DNA from: Eledone cirrhosa | Lineage: Eukaryota | Direction: 5' to 3' | Assembly: GCA_964016885.1 (NCBI GenBank) | Contig: OZ024742.1 | Coordinates: 207,762,001 to 207,826,000 of the forward strand | DNA length: 64,000 nt | Shown here: piece by piece, positions 14,803-29,745 of the stretch | Numbering within the stretch: the stretch's first letter is position 1 | Layout: each line of letters begins with the position of its first letter | Notes under the pieces: model-generated | Told to the model about the DNA's origin: nothing | Database searches by the model: none | What the model saw: the letters and a program-made list of their open reading frames with translations, nothing else | Program-made: the position numbers and the translations under genes

Positions 14803-17440
14803 CGCAAGGAAAACTATCCTGGAATTTAACAATGAATATTGGACAGGATCTGATACTTCCAACAATTTTGACATCACCATGGGTTCGTCGGATTCAGCGC
14901 AATTGACAGACTTGGTTGGAATGTTCATCTTGAACTCTTTAAATCTGAAAATTCCTCAACTTCGCGATGATGCACTTTTTACTGTCTTAAACTGTAACAT
15001 AGTAATCCTTAATATTATTAAGAAAAAATATACTTGAACTATTTAAGCACCTTAACCTAAAAATGGAATTTGAGAAAAATGTTAAATTAGCTAACTTCCT
15101 AGATATATCCCTTAATCTAGATACCGGCCTACATTACCCATACCATAAGGATAATGAGAACCTAAATTATGTAAACTTTTAATCAAACGACCCTATTAAT
15201 GTTAAAACTGTTATTGTCAGAAATGTTGAAAAGAACATCTCTAATCTATATTCTAATAAACTTAACTTCGATGCCAACGCAAACTATTACAATAATGCAC
15301 TATCCAGAGCTGGATATCCAGACAAAATTAAATACACTAAGGAAACTAATCTTGGCAGAACTTATAGTAATATAGCTAGTTATAAGCATACCAATAACAT
15401 AAAGAGGAGACCTAGATATAAAAATATCATTTGGTACAGCGCTCCATTCTCTCTTTCACTTATTAATAATATCCCTAAATTATTTTTAGGGCATTAGATA
15501 ATTGCTTCCATCCTTCACATATTTATAGTAAGATTTTTAATAAGCATACCATTAAATTCTCATATTCCACTACTTCCAACATTTCTAACATTATCTCAAA
15601 ACATAATACTAAAATATTAAATAATAACTCATATGCATCCAACCTTGAGTCATAATAATAACACTATAAGGCCCGACGTCCATGTAAACTCTAGACAAGA
15701 TAACTTAAATATAAATACGATGTCAAACGTAACTTTGATGAATGCTTCAATTAGTAATCTAAATCAAGAAACATTAGCACCTCCTTTAGCTAATTCCATC
15801 ACTACAATTCATATTATAATAAATCCTGGGACACTCGCAAGTAACTCTGTTAATAATATTAATCGTAAATGCATCTGCCCTCATAGAACTAAATGTCCTC
15901 TTAATAATTTCTGTCCCGATAAAAATCTAGTATACGAATGTAAGGTGCTAACTAGTACGGATTATTATACCTACATTGGCTCTACTTCTACTTCTTTTAA
16001 CCATTCTTCCTCATTTAAATATCCACTTAAAAGGACAAACACTGCACTCTCAGAACTTATCTGGTCCTTAAAAGACAAAAACATTAATTACAAAATTTCT
16101 TGGTGTAAAATATACAATGCTTCTCCATATTCTAATGCTTCCATATCTAGAGCTTGTAATATATGTCTAGCTGAAAAATGTACCATTATCTCGAATTTCA
16201 ACTCTATAATAAATAGACGCACGAATTTATTTGGTCTCTGCATCCATAAATCTCGTAGATCGTTTCACAAAAGTATACAGCTAATACCCTATATCTTATT
16301 CCACTAATAAAGGTTAAAATGTTTTATACATCTATATTCTTTTACACAAATATCTTTTCACTCATTTTTCTCGCATATTTCAATACATTCTACAAAGTTT
16401 TAAACAAACTATGACGTTATATGGTTTCCTACGCTTTAAATCACTCTAGCAATTTCCTTATTTACTTGTGGATACAAAATAATATTTAAATAGTTAATAT
16501 TTAATATTTCATTATATTCCTTTTCTCACTATTTTTAAGCCGCTCACTTTTCCTCCTTCATCACATCAAATTTTCAGTATAAACCTTCGTAGATTTTGTA
16601 AACAAACGATGACGTCATATGTTTTTTCTTCGCATTTTCTAGGCTATTTTCTATGCTTTTTTCTACGCTTAAACCATTCAAACATTTATTTACTTGTTGA
16701 TTAAAATAATATTTAAATATTTAAATGTTTCCCACATATATAATTTTTTATATATAATCTATAATTTTTAATAGTACATTTTTAATTTTTGACATGGTTT
16801 GACTACTCTTATTTATTTTTTTCTACACATATATATATTTTTTTTCCACAAATATCTTTTCAAACATTTTTCTTACATTTCTCAATTACACTCTGTTTAA
16901 AAAAACTATGACGTCTTCTACGCTTTAAATCATTTAATTTAATTTTATTTTATTAATACATTTTCACACCTCTTAACAATTATTTTTAGTATATAAACCC
17001 TAAATTAATAATATACCTAGTTTCTATATTTGTAATCTAAGCACATAAACCTCATCAACTTATTAATTTATTTATATTTTTTAGCCGTTATTCACAGCTG
17101 TTTTTCATTTTTGATAGCGTTCCCCAATCAAAAGTCTCTCTCTCTCCTTTCTCTTTCTCTCTCCTCCTTCCTTCTTAATTTTTCCTCCGTTATTTTCTCC
17201 TTCTCTTTTATGTCTGTTTCCTTTTCCATCTTCCTTCTTTTTACCAATCTTCTCTCTCCTTTTATATTTTTTTATCATATGTTGACTGGGCACTTTCTTG
17301 TTCACAAGTGTTTTTAGTCATCATATCATGTTACCTTATTTTATCTGATGAGATCGCAATTATCATCCCAGGATGATATTTGTTTTGAAATGTGCATAAT
17401 AAAATATATACAACTTTTGTAACCATCTTTTAATTTCTTC
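14800..17440 (+). mobile_element. Second, divergent Naiad-type Penelope-like element, 5'-truncated
   Basis: Decayed RT (FDITMGSSDSAQ, RDDAL, NFLDI), WY.APFS and GIY-YIG in ORF 15633-16307 (CICP..KCPL, LVYEC, YIGST, CNIC..E). The AT-rich 3' UTR has three degenerate internal repeats and a terminal hammerhead. It is flanked by (TA)n. Confidence 0.85.
17337..17406 (+). ncRNA. Type I hammerhead ribozyme (minimal stem III, slightly decayed)
   Basis: uauuuuau-CUGAUGA-[stem II with uaucaucc/ggaugaua]-GAAA-ugugca-UA-auaaaaua. Stem I is 8 bp and the triplet is AUA. It lies at the 3' end of the PLE. Confidence 0.75.
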
Positions 17441-17469
17441 TATATAATATATATATATATATATATTAA

Positions 17470-18790
17470 TTTCTAAAATATTTTTAAAAAAAACAGTGGG
17501 AAATGGTAATTGGATTTTCTCATAGAATAACAGCAAAACATTTATTTACCAGAAAGGAATTGATTATACCGATTTCAGCCAAAGGTTGTAGCCTTCTTCA
17601 TTCTACATACGTGTATGATAAAATTCATAGTGGAGTTAAGGTGTATATTAATAAGAATATGGTATAAGAAACCATGGTCTATATATATATATAAATGAAT
17701 TCACATTTTCGTTTAGCGTTTTCACTCTTCTTAAAGCACTTCTAAATGGACTTAACACAGATATTCAATTTTCGATGGAATGTAGCTATCCTTCCCTTGA
17801 CATCCTTATTAAGAAAACTAACAGCAAAATAGAAACAGACATATTCCATAAGCCCCCAGACTCCAGCAATATCTTGCATTCAACACGTGCCAACCGAGAC
17901 ACACTAAATTAATATAACTTACAACCTAGCCAAAAGGATCTGCACAATAATATTTGATAGAACAACCTGTTACATATGATTATAAGGACTAAAGGACACA
18001 CACATTAGCAGGAATTACTCACCGTCCTTAATTAACAATGGATTTCAACGTTCTAGAAAAACCAGTATCCAGGATCTTAGACACCCCAAATTAATGAAGG
18101 AATCGAAACTGAAATCACTACCATACATCTCCACACACATCCCCATTAACAATGAGGCCTTCGATACTATCCTCCAGACCGAAGAATGAATGAAATCCTT
18201 CAAACGCACAACATCATAAAGATCAAAAGACAACCCAAATCAATGAAAAATATCCTAACATTGGCCAAAGTCCAGTAGACCACAACAATGAACCCTACAG
18301 TAAGAAACTGTGGAAGACCCAACTGTGGTACATGCGTCAACCTAATAGAGGGATCGGAGTTCTGCTACAAACAAGGGTAACGCTTTACAGTGAAATACAA
18401 TTTCACATGCGCATCAGAAAACCTGATATATGTGTTGACCTGCTCAAGCTGTCGAGAGCAGTACATAGGGCAGACTAAAAACAGTCTTCGACCGTTCATA
18501 GCTCCCAAATTAAAATACAGGGATACAGAAAAATAGCACTGAGTGAACACATTGCGACCTGCACCTCTAATGAACAACCCAATTTCAGAATTTTTAAGAT
18601 CTACAAATTTGAAGACAACGCTTCCCACATTCAGCGCATTAGCAAATAATCATACTTCTGTAGCATGAAGAACACTACAATCTTTAGGCGAAACCGGTAC
18701 GATAAATTCCATTTTTGTAAATAAATGTTTTGCTGTTATTCTATGAGAAAATCCCAGTAGTATTTTCTACTGTTTTTCTTATTTTACTAA
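17470..18790 (+). mobile_element. Neptune-type Penelope-like fragment bounded by ~120-bp inverted repeats
   Basis: Decayed LDILI..IETDIFHKP, NLAKRICTI, CGRPNCGTC, FTCASENLIYVLTC..C..QYIGQT. Region 17470-17600 is the reverse complement of ~18665-18790. Confidence 0.8.
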
Positions 18791-18891
18791 TATATATCGA
18801 CTCGTGTGTCTCTTCTGAACACACACACGCACGCACACACACACACACATACTCACACTCTCTCACACACACACACATACACACACACACG

Positions 18892-18930
<39 letters not shown>

Positions 18931-19249
18931 GGTAGCTGTTGTAGTTGTTTTTGTGTAACAGTTCTGTTATGGGTCCATGTGGTCTGGGTGGGTTCTTTGT
19001 GTGATGCATAGCGTTGATGTTTTGGGGTTGTTTTTTTTTAGTGTTGGGGGTGATACCTGTTGTAGTTGTCTTGGGGTTGGTTTCTGTAGGAGATATTTGT
19101 GTGGGTACCTATATTGTGGTGGTTGGGTATGTTTCTTCTACTGTAGTTGGTTGTATTGTTCTGTGTTGAGTGGGGTTTTGTCTGTGGCTTATGTGTGAGG
19201 GGGTTCTTGTCTTGTTTAATTTCTTTGTAAAGAGGTTATCTGTGTGATG

Positions 19250-20070
19250 CATTGTATCCTATTTGAGGAACCAATTTTCAGATTTTTCCCATCGTTTACA
19301 AGTGTTCCCATTCTTTCACTCAAAAACAAAGAATGAATAAAGAAAAATTATTTATAAATAAATTTAAACCAAAATTACATATGTAATCACCACCATTAGA
19401 TCCCCCACACACACACCACAAAATAAGAGAGAGAAAATTGCTCATTCCCATATTTTCCAAACATACCTGTTTGAAAACCACCATTGATACTCTGTTTCCC
19501 ACTACAAAGGGACCTGTGACAGACAGGCTGTAAAACACACACACGCTACAACCAACCCTCCACACACATGTGTGTAATTTTATATATACACACTCACACT
19601 ATATACACACTCCCTAAAACCATATTCCAATAATATAATTCTTTTTACAACCCTACTGTTGCCATAGAATTTGTCTCTAGCTTACCTTTCCCCATCCTCC
19701 CCACCACCGCCATTTGAACTCTTGACCAGCCAATTAACACAATCAGATATACACCCGCATATTTACAGAATGTTTCCTTTGCCCCTAAAAACAATTTCGT
19801 TCTGTGAAGAAACACAACTACCAACACTGCTGCTACTACCATGACCACACACCTCTCGCTCTATACACAAGAACTCATTCTCCAGTCCACTTCTGAGCAA
19901 GGAAGATGGGAAAAAAATTACTCCAACAGTTAATTTTAAATCTTTAATTTTTAGTTTTTAATTCTTAATTACTTTTGATTGTAATACTCAACATTTAATA
20001 CTATCAATTTCAATAATACATGGAAACCGGTAATACTTTATAAATTTTATATACATTATAAAACTCTTTC
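19250..20070 (+). mobile_element. Further Neptune-like PLE C-terminal and 3' UTR remnant
   Basis: FQIFP...KEKLFINKFKPKL-type terminus at 19275-19385, followed by a CA-rich UTR. The extent is uncertain. Confidence 0.45.
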
Positions 20071-20221
20071 TTAAAAGAATTGTCCCTCTCATTTTTTCAA
20101 TAAGGTATCTTTCCAATAAGGTCACTTTGACGAATCAAAGAAACGAAAAAAAAGAAAAACAGACCCTAAAATATATTTTCCGTGCTATTTCCAACTTCAC
20201 CTTTTCTCTCTCTCTCTCTCC

Positions 20222-20304
<83 letters not shown>

Positions 20305-20712
20305 CAAATTCAGTATATTTTGAACTCTTGTTAGTAGAACAAGACTAATTGTAACAAACACTAAATTGAATATGGCAGGTACAAGTGGGGAATTATCCCC
20401 ATTACAAGGAAATGTAGTTTATTCGTAAACTAGTCGGCAAAACTTTAGAAGAATATATAATATGCGATAAATAATGCGCATAATACTAACATTTTGAGGT
20501 GAATGCTTTGACATGGCATTAAAAGAAATAGAAATGATAAAAAATAACAATCATTGATGGTGTATTGATTAAAAGAAATAAAAAGAACATGATTTGAAGA
20601 GGAAAGGAAAAAAACGTAATGAATATTTGAAGTTGATGGAAAAACACTATGATAATGTATTTATAGATGCGAATGCGACTGTTATTAAGAACAGACATTA
20701 GACATAATTTGG

Positions 20713-20783
20713 AAGAAGAAGAAGAAGAAGAAGAAGAAGAAGAAGAAGAAGAAGAAGAAGAAGAAGAAGAAGAAGAAGAAGAA
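20713..20783. repeat. (GAA)n microsatellite
   Basis: Direct inspection. Confidence 0.95.
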
Positions 20784-20856
20784 AATGATTATTATAATGG
20801 TGAACAATACCAGATAGAACAAGTTATACGTAGAAGAGAGGAAGGCGAATAATAAG

Positions 20857-21440
20857 TGTTTCTACTTCTACTTTTGGCACAAGGCCAGCAATTACCCAGT
20901 GCATTACTGGTACTTTATTTTATCGACCCCGTAAGGATGAAAGTCAAAGTTAACATCGGCGGGATTTGAATTCAGATCATAAAGGGAGGTAACTCTATGC
21001 TTCAAAGCATGGCGTCTGACCCTCGACCGATACTGCCGGAATAATAATAATTGTTTCTACTTTAGGCACAAGGCCAGCAATTACCCAGTGCATTACTGGT
21101 ACTTTATTTTATCGACCCCGTAAGGATGAAAGGCAAAGTCAACCTCGGCGGGATTTGAACTCAGATCATAAAGGGACGTAACTATGCTGGAAAGCATGGC
21201 GTTCGACCCTCTACCGATACTGCCAATCTACCGCCCGGAATAATAATAATGCTTTCTATATTTATCAAAAGTCCAGCAATTAGTGGGTAAGAGAATGTCA
21301 AATATATCGACTCCAGAACTTAACTAGTACCTTATTTTATCGACACCGGAAGGATAACATTAAAGATGATATTGACAGGATTTGAATTCAGGGTTGAAAG
21401 AGCCGAACAATTGCCACAAAGCACTTTTTCCGACGCTCAA
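20857..21440 (-). mobile_element. SINE array: two young copies plus one old long-form copy
   Basis: Same SINE as 5385-6201, at 20857-21037 and 21052-21236. The TSD ccggaataataataat flanks the second copy. A diverged copy lies at 21251-21440. Confidence 0.88.
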
Positions 21441-24400
21441 CCCCTTATTTTGTTATCTATGCCCATTCACTAATATCTGGCTAGATTAACAATTAAAGAA
21501 AATAAGTGCGTGCTAGGACCTAAGTAAAGAAGTGCCTAATAAATGTTTTCCAGTACATGGGAGTTTGTTTCTTATACACTGTACGCATACGGGGATACCC
21601 TAAACGTTTCAATGCTTAGGGTCTCTAAATATCTTATAAAACTCGTTATTTATATACTGTCAAGTTTACTCCTTCTCAAGCTTCTAATCCTCCATTAGAG
21701 TCGCATTTCAAAACTGTCGGAGCATATAACTCTTCTGGTCTGACCACAGTCGATTTATTCTGAAAAGTGAGAGAAAGGCAGAAATATAGAAGAGTAGATA
21801 AAAATACTGGATTAGTACTTTACTTTTCTACATTGACTTAGACGGGAATTGAACTCAGCGTGCAGTGAACTGGAACGAAAACTGCAAGGTATTCTAAATG
21901 ACTCTGTAACGAAACTGTCACTTCACAAAATGATTGAAGTGTTGATATCTGTGAATTTGTTGCAATGTCAAACTGACTTATATTACTGATAATTCCAATG
22001 AAGCTGTGTTGTTAAATTATCAGATATGGAAATAATTCTTATTTCATAGAGGGAAATTAGCAACTGAATACGTTTTAAGTCTTAATGTCATACAATGGTC
22101 ATGCCATGGTTTTAGAATTGATGAATCAAAGCTATTTCGTTGAAGCCTCGATAATGGTTATTTCAGTGGTTGCATACTGCACCGAACCTTAGAAAATTAA
22201 AGTGGTTTTAACTTACAAATATACTTACTTTGAAGAATTGCTTGCTTTAAAGATAAGTACAGTGCGTATATTATAGCAATTTATTATACTATTCTAATGT
22301 TTCAGAGATTGGGAGGTCAGCTGTTGCAATTTTGTAGAGTTGGTGAAATGCATTAGAGTAATAAATGTAGCGCGTATAAATGAAACTGTTTGGTAATATT
22401 GTTATGTAGAATAGTGACAGAACATTACGTTATTACTGTAACTTAAAATATCATACAAATAACCTTTGTGCATTGCCTAAAGGCTGAATAGAATCTATAT
22501 TTCTCTAAGGAATATTGTTCCCATAATTTCTAAATGTTATTTCTGATATTTACATTGTCTGAACCGTATCATACATTCAGAAAGGTTTAATGCTATACAG
22601 TGCTGGTATCATACTACCTAATCCCTAACTTCGAAAACAAACTAAATTAATATGACATTTTAAGATTAAAAACACCAATGTGCTTACAGATCGAATAAAA
22701 ATTATGTAGTTGCCCTTAGAGAATATTAGATACCCATGAAATGTTTTCATGATTAATTATTGTGTGAACACATGGAATTACAGAGAAATGTGTAACCTGG
22801 TAATAATGAGAATCCTGAACTTTATTTTGCGAGTGTGTGCTGACAAATAGAGGTGTCGAAAAAACCCAAAATAAAATAGAAGTTGGATGCAGTCAGCAAG
22901 TTCTTATGAACTAGTGAATTGTGGTATCAGCAAACAGAAGTACAGGCATGTGTGTGTTTGTATGTGTGTTTGTTTGTGAGTGTGTGTGGATATGTGCGTG
23001 CGTGTGTGAGTCTGTGTGTGAGAGAGTGATCCATCTATTATGGATGTGCGGCGGCTAAAAACCAAATTAGTTATTTCTTTAGTAACAGAAAATCCCTAAT
23101 AAAGTGCAAATCGGTAATTGGAGCATCCTGTCTTTTGAATTTTCATTTTATCTGGCGGTAGAATGTGATTTGAAAGAGATTTGATATTTATAGCAGGCCT
23201 GTTGATTACAGTACTATATCCAGAGCATACATACAATCATGAACATTTCTCTACTACAATCACTATAGTTTATTATCTCACCTTTTTCTTCTAACAATCC
23301 CAGTATTGTTTACGTCATCACTTTAATTAAGTCAACAATAGATACCATACAATTAGAAATAATGTTGTAAGAGCCCAAATTATTTAGCCACACTGGACTA
23401 TCTTAATTGAACATATTAATCCTATGTTTTTTTCTTGTCGTATCCAACCCATGTTGCTTTCATTCAGTTTGTCAAGCCTAAAGCAGTGAATGGTGGAGAT
23501 GTGTCGCTTCATGCTGGAAGATAAAGGGGCGAACACGATGGTGTTGACGAAGATGACGAAGACGGTGATGATGATGATGATGATGATGATGATAATGATG
23601 ATTATAATAATGATAATGATGATTAATGATAATGTATTGTTTTACTAGCAGACTGTCTTCCCTTGTGCCAGGTCAATTCAACAATGTTTTGAACTTATTT
23701 CTCATTTTCTTCACGTGGAAAATGCAGACTTCACCATTTTCTACTGATGCTATCTGCGCAGATGGCCCTTTGTTGTTGAATAAGAACGCTTGGGATTGCT
23801 TTGGGGATGTGAAATTTTTAGAGATTTCTCGACGGTAAGCCTGTAAAATATTGCTTTGTCAAACGGTATTTACAACAATTGAATCTGACTGAGCTGCAAC
23901 ATAATATCAATGTATGGTGCATGGAATCATTTTATTAGCAATATAGACTTCTATTAACCGAAAAGTGGTAAATAGTAGGCACGATCAACAATAACCATGG
24001 TAATACTTTCGACAGTGATAAAATATCATAAGAGCAGTTTCTAAAAGTCTTTGGTCTAATAGTATGTTTATTCGTTTTCTGTGTTGAGCGTCTGAAAAAT
24101 CTCTACAAGAATAGCATATATATATGGCCGGGCCCCAGTTTTATCTTCGAATTATTTTCTTTTCTATACCTTAATTGTCATAGTGATTTTCTTCCATTTT
24201 TAGCTTGCTCACCGTCAGTGTCATTGAAACCTCGAATAGAATGCCTGCCAGGCATTTTCTCCGGTTTCTCGTGATCTTATTTTAAATATCACCGAAATTA
24301 ACTGTGCCTGTCACCATTTTGAATTATTGCAAAGTTCCAGTCCTGAGCACATGCCTTTTGGCTCTGCAAAAAGAACCCGTCGACTGTGCCAACATATCGA

Positions 24401-24744
24401 TCACATCTATATAACGTACAGACCATGGACGTGGCGGGATATATGTTCTATTCCTGCAGTCACATTACGATGTTCTTTATATTTATGTGACTTTCTTACA
24501 TCTTTACATCTACCAGTTATCCTTCTTTACTTCAACATTGACCCCGTAACGAGTCTATCTTTTTTATTATTTCGCTATTTTCCCCGCATTCTTTCATTCG
24601 CGCACTTTTATTCATTTCCTCTACTTTCTTGATGTGTTTCCTTGACTCGAAACATACATATAGTTCTATCTATCGGGCTCTCTGTTTATCTTTCATTCTA
24701 TCTGTCAGTGTCCCTATCTATCTACATCTCTCTCTCTCTCCCTC

Positions 24745-24817
<73 letters not shown>

Positions 24818-25375
24818 ATCTATCTATCTATCTATCTATCTATATTAAATTATTTTATCTTCCTTTCATCTCTTTAAGTTTTTTAAAACCCTCCTTCATC
24901 TTTTCTGTTACTGATATTTTTCATTTCGTTCCTCTTTCATTTTACCGTTTCATCTTTTTACATCCTTTAAGATGATTTAAACCGCTGTCCACCTGTTAGA
25001 TTCATCATCCTCTCACACGATCTTTATCATTGAAAGAGAAGGCTGCCAATATTGCGACTAAGGTTACATTAAATGATAATGATCATCATCATGATATGAC
25101 GTTATTTGCATTTGCTAGTGTTTATTATTTATTTAACCACAGGACAAACATGACTGAGCAGACAGATATATGGCAAAAACCATTCCAGCCGTGACAATCG
25201 CGTTTTTATGGGTACAGTGCACCCACAAACTTATTATCCAATGCAGTCGATTTTCTAACATGAAATACTTAGCTTCTATTTCTGGTAGATCTTGTTAGCA
25301 CATAGTGGCTCCATCATTACTGCACGGATTGCTAAACAGATGTGCCAAGAAAACTTATATATGATGATGATAATA

Positions 25376-25415
<40 letters not shown>

Positions 25416-25444
25416 GAAGCGTGGGGGCAAAGAGAAACATAATA

Positions 25445-25897
25445 ATTATTTTTACTTTTGCCACAAGCCCAGCAATTATCCCAGTGCATTACTGGTACTG
25501 TATTTTATCGACCCCCTAAGGATAAAAAGGCAAAGTTAACCTCGGCGGGATTTGAACTCAGATCATAAAGGGCCGTAACTCTATGCTGCAAAGCATGACG
25601 TCCGACCCTCTACCGATACTGCCAATCCACCACCCTTTATGATCTGAGAAACATAATAATGGTCATCAATACAAAGATGATGTGTCATAAAATTATGGCG
25701 TTAAAGACAATAATTGTTTCTACTTTAGGCACAAGGCCAGCAATTACCCAGTGCATTACTGGTACTTTATTTTATCGACCCCTGTAAGGATGAACGGCAA
25801 AGTCAACCAATCTCGGCGGGATTTGAACTCAGATAGTAAAGGGACGTAACTCTATGCTGGAAACATTGCGTCCGACACTCTACCGATACTGCCAATC
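25445..25897 (-). mobile_element. Two SINE copies (25445-25636, 25714-25897)
   Basis: Match to the SINE consensus. The TSD gagaaacataataat flanks the first copy. Confidence 0.9.
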
Positions 25898-28800
25898 GAT
25901 GATGGAGACGACGATGATAATGGGGATAGTGATGATGGTGATGATAATGATGATGATGATGATGATGATGATGTTGAGGATGATAATGATAATGATGATG
26001 ATGATAGTGGTGGTGGTGGTGTTGGTGCTTGTGGTGGTGTAGCTGGTGCTGTTGGTGAGGCATGTGATGGCACTCGTGAGCATAATGATGATGATAAGGA
26101 CGATGATAAGGATTTCAACATCGATGATGAAAATGAGAATAAGGATTAGAATGACAACGATAATTATGATGAATGATGTTGATTATTAAGATGGTGCTCA
26201 TGATGCATTCAGCAATGAATATCACTGATGTTGATTGGCCTGCGAAAAAAGCAATGATGGGTGGGTAGTAATTGGAGCTATTGATTTATATTAACGGCAA
26301 ATGCCAGTTGTTGTTAATGTTATTGTTATTATTGTTTCCTTTGTTGTTGTTTAGCCATGGTCAGCTTTGATGAAGCCGATCTGATCAAATTCATATGAGC
26401 TGTGTCCATTCCGATATTTACCTGCCTACAAAGAAACCTCGTTTACATTATAAAACGTGGCATTTCCATGAGGGTGGAGTGTGATTTGAGATAGATTTGG
26501 CCACTATTTCTAGCAGATTGAGTGACCACGTTCTAACTCCCTCGTGTGGCTCGAGATCATAGCCAGCTAGTTGAAGGTCGAGGGGTGGTGGAATATTAAT
26601 GACAGTATTTATTGCAGTTTTTGCAGTCAACTATAATTTTCCTGAATTTTCCAAAGATAAAATTATAAATATGTAATAAAAACGTATAGGAAAAGAATAT
26701 TACAGGGCACTCCAATCAGATTCATTGCTTATTTTCTCACTGAATTCTCCTATCATCAGGATTTAGTGAAGTTAGACAAGCATCATTAGCTCCTCTACTT
26801 CAACAACAACTAAAATCGCCACCAACATCACCACAGAGTCTGAACGGGTTTCTTGACCTGCTGGAAATAGCAGCCAAATTTACTCCAAACTACACATTAC
26901 CGTCTTAGACAAAAACCATAGACTGTAGTCCTACATACGCATAAAAATCCGTAGCGGTCCTGGCTACAATGCCTTAGATAATAAGTCTGCATGATTAAAC
27001 GCCAAAAACAAAAACAAAAACAAAATCAAAAACAAAAACACCATCACTGATACTATCAACAACATTCTAAAACTAATATTATACAGCCAGAACTGACCTA
27101 GAATTTACAAAAGAAAAAAAAACAAAAAAAAACACGAGCATCAATAACTACATAAAATAATTGAGATTAACAACTACTACAACTATTATCTCAATATGAA
27201 TACAAATAATACCACTATCATAGTTAACACCACATAGATATCCTTCTCTCATTAATATTCAAAACACTATTAAACCCATCTATAACCCCAACCACCAATA
27301 ACAATAAGTTATGCTTACGAGACACATAGAAATAGCAGCCAAGATGACTTTAAATACCATCATATCATCTTAAATATAGGTCCTCGGTTCCTTGCACGTC
27401 GGAAATACACAGAATAGTTATGGATGGATTACTGTGATTATGGGGTTGTTCAATCAAATCTACAACTACCACAATCATCTTTACCACTTCAACGAACACC
27501 AACACTAATACAACCACCGATACCAGCATCGACACAAACTGCAACATATTTTAATAGATAAATGGCCAAAACACTGTATATTGAATTTCAATTGAGGGTT
27601 GTTAATATTGTTTGTTCAATTATAAGATATATAGAGAAGCCCCAATACACGCCCATTCCTGTCACTCTACTTCACTTGGCCTATTAACCCTATCTTAGAC
27701 TTACGGCTCCACTCCACTCTATTTAACCCTTCCTTATACTTTTAGAGACAAATGAGCCAACGGCTTACAATGGACATCAAATTATAAGCTCGCAAACAGA
27801 CACATGATCATACACGTACATACAACTACATCAGCATACATGCACAGAAAGAGATATATGGTAAGATACAAGATAGTACTTAGTTGTAAATATACGCATG
27901 AAAATATACTGTCACAAACAGACACACCTATGCGCATGTGTGTGTGTCTATGTGGTTGCGTGCAGTGATACTCACAGAGTGCACAAATACATGTTCAGAA
28001 TAATAGATAGATATACACACGCAGATTCGCTCACATAAATAGGTCATCCTGTGCCATTTGCTTAAGATGGTTTCCTCTACGGGCTATTGTTGTGTTTGAC
28101 AAAAATGATTAATGCTTAACTTATTTAGTTCTTATTGTTATTGATGTTGGTGTACAGCCTCAAATGAGGCGAATAACTAGGTGTGAAACACATATCCATA
28201 TTTTCGGATATGCCATATCTCCGTCTGTCTGAAAACCATACTTATTCCGACATGCAGTGATTAATTGTATTCTATGTCGTGCAGTATTACGATGTGGTTA
28301 CGTTGTGCTCTTTTCCTCATCCAAACTGCTTTGTATGTCTGTTCTTGATGTGTAATTCTGTATCAGCTATCATTGTGGAGACCTGTGATGAAGGATATTC
28401 CAGCCATGATCATCCAGATCTTTATTTTTACATAAATTAAATTATTTGCTGTATCTCAAGATCCTGGTACTTGCTACAACGAAGACAGAAAAGTGCTTTA
28501 AATCTAACACGAGGGAGGTTGATACACTCGCACTTAATATTAGTGTTGTATATCCCAGTACTATTATGGGGGATAATAACGGTATTAATGATGTAGAGAT
28601 ACAACAGCTGGGTTGATGCCGTAAAACAGAAGATCACTGACAAGTTGTTTTTAGATAATATTTTTTCTAATGACAAACAAAACAGGAATTACATTTTACT
28701 TTATGACAAGATAGTTCGTTAATTTTGTCCTAAAATGATTCCAATTAATTTTGATAATACTATCATTATTATTAAACCACGGTGGTTGTCTTTCTTTAAT

Positions 28801-29745
28801 TTCTTTTCTGATTGATAGGATAAAATAGGGGTTAAAGCTTGGTGTCGATATAATCAACAATATCCATAAACAACTTTGGGGTTTTGCCCCTATCTAAGAA
28901 ATATATTACAACGCCATCATAGCGATTATATTATTACATGGGTTAATGCAGATTTAAAACAACATTTGTTATATAGACTGAATATTACTGTGTTAAATCG
29001 TTCAAAATAGAAAGAACGCAGGGCACTAAACATCCAATGGGAGTCGTAGGGGTGCGTATCTTGGACATTTAAAACTGTAGGAATCAATCCTTCTCCTGGT
29101 TTGAACATAGCCGATTTCTGCCAGAGAGAAAACGAGAACGGGAGAGTGAGAGACAGAAAGAGAAAGACAGAAGCACTCCCTCTACTGAAAGGATAATATA
29201 TTTATCGGCGTTGAAATGACGAAAAGCAAAATTGACCTCGGTGAGTTCAGCATACAGAGAGCCGAACCAAATATCACAAATTATTCTAGGCGACGTTGTA
29301 AAAGCTCTACACTTTCGCAATATGTTCTTACAGAACAACACTTGCACATACATTATAGGATTAATGACTTCTTACACCTAAAATAAAAGCATCGACGATT
29401 TTGCAAATGTTTGCAATTTTTCTCAAAGCTTAGCTGCCATTTAGCACTCATGGTGCTTTGTATTGTAAAGGCGGATGCTATATTTAAGTATCAGATTCTG
29501 TACATTTGCGTAAATACTGCTGCCAACTTTTCGATTCTGCATTTGTCGTCAGTTTCAAAGTCTCTGTCATCGCACAATAAAATGAAATGCCAGTTAAATA
29601 CTGAGGTGGGTTAAAGGAAGAGGCTCTTTTCAAATTCTAATGGAAGTGTACCTATGCTTGCTAGCTTTAACAAAAGAACCGTGGAAGGCAAAATCAGTAG
29701 AATAATAGACAAAATGTCATGTGTTGTTTAACTATATTATTGTGA

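Noticed and set aside
18672-18710. Hammerhead-like ATGAAGA...GAAACCGGTA in the Neptune inverted repeats
   Set aside because: C3 is absent in both copies and stems I and II are not convincingly paired.
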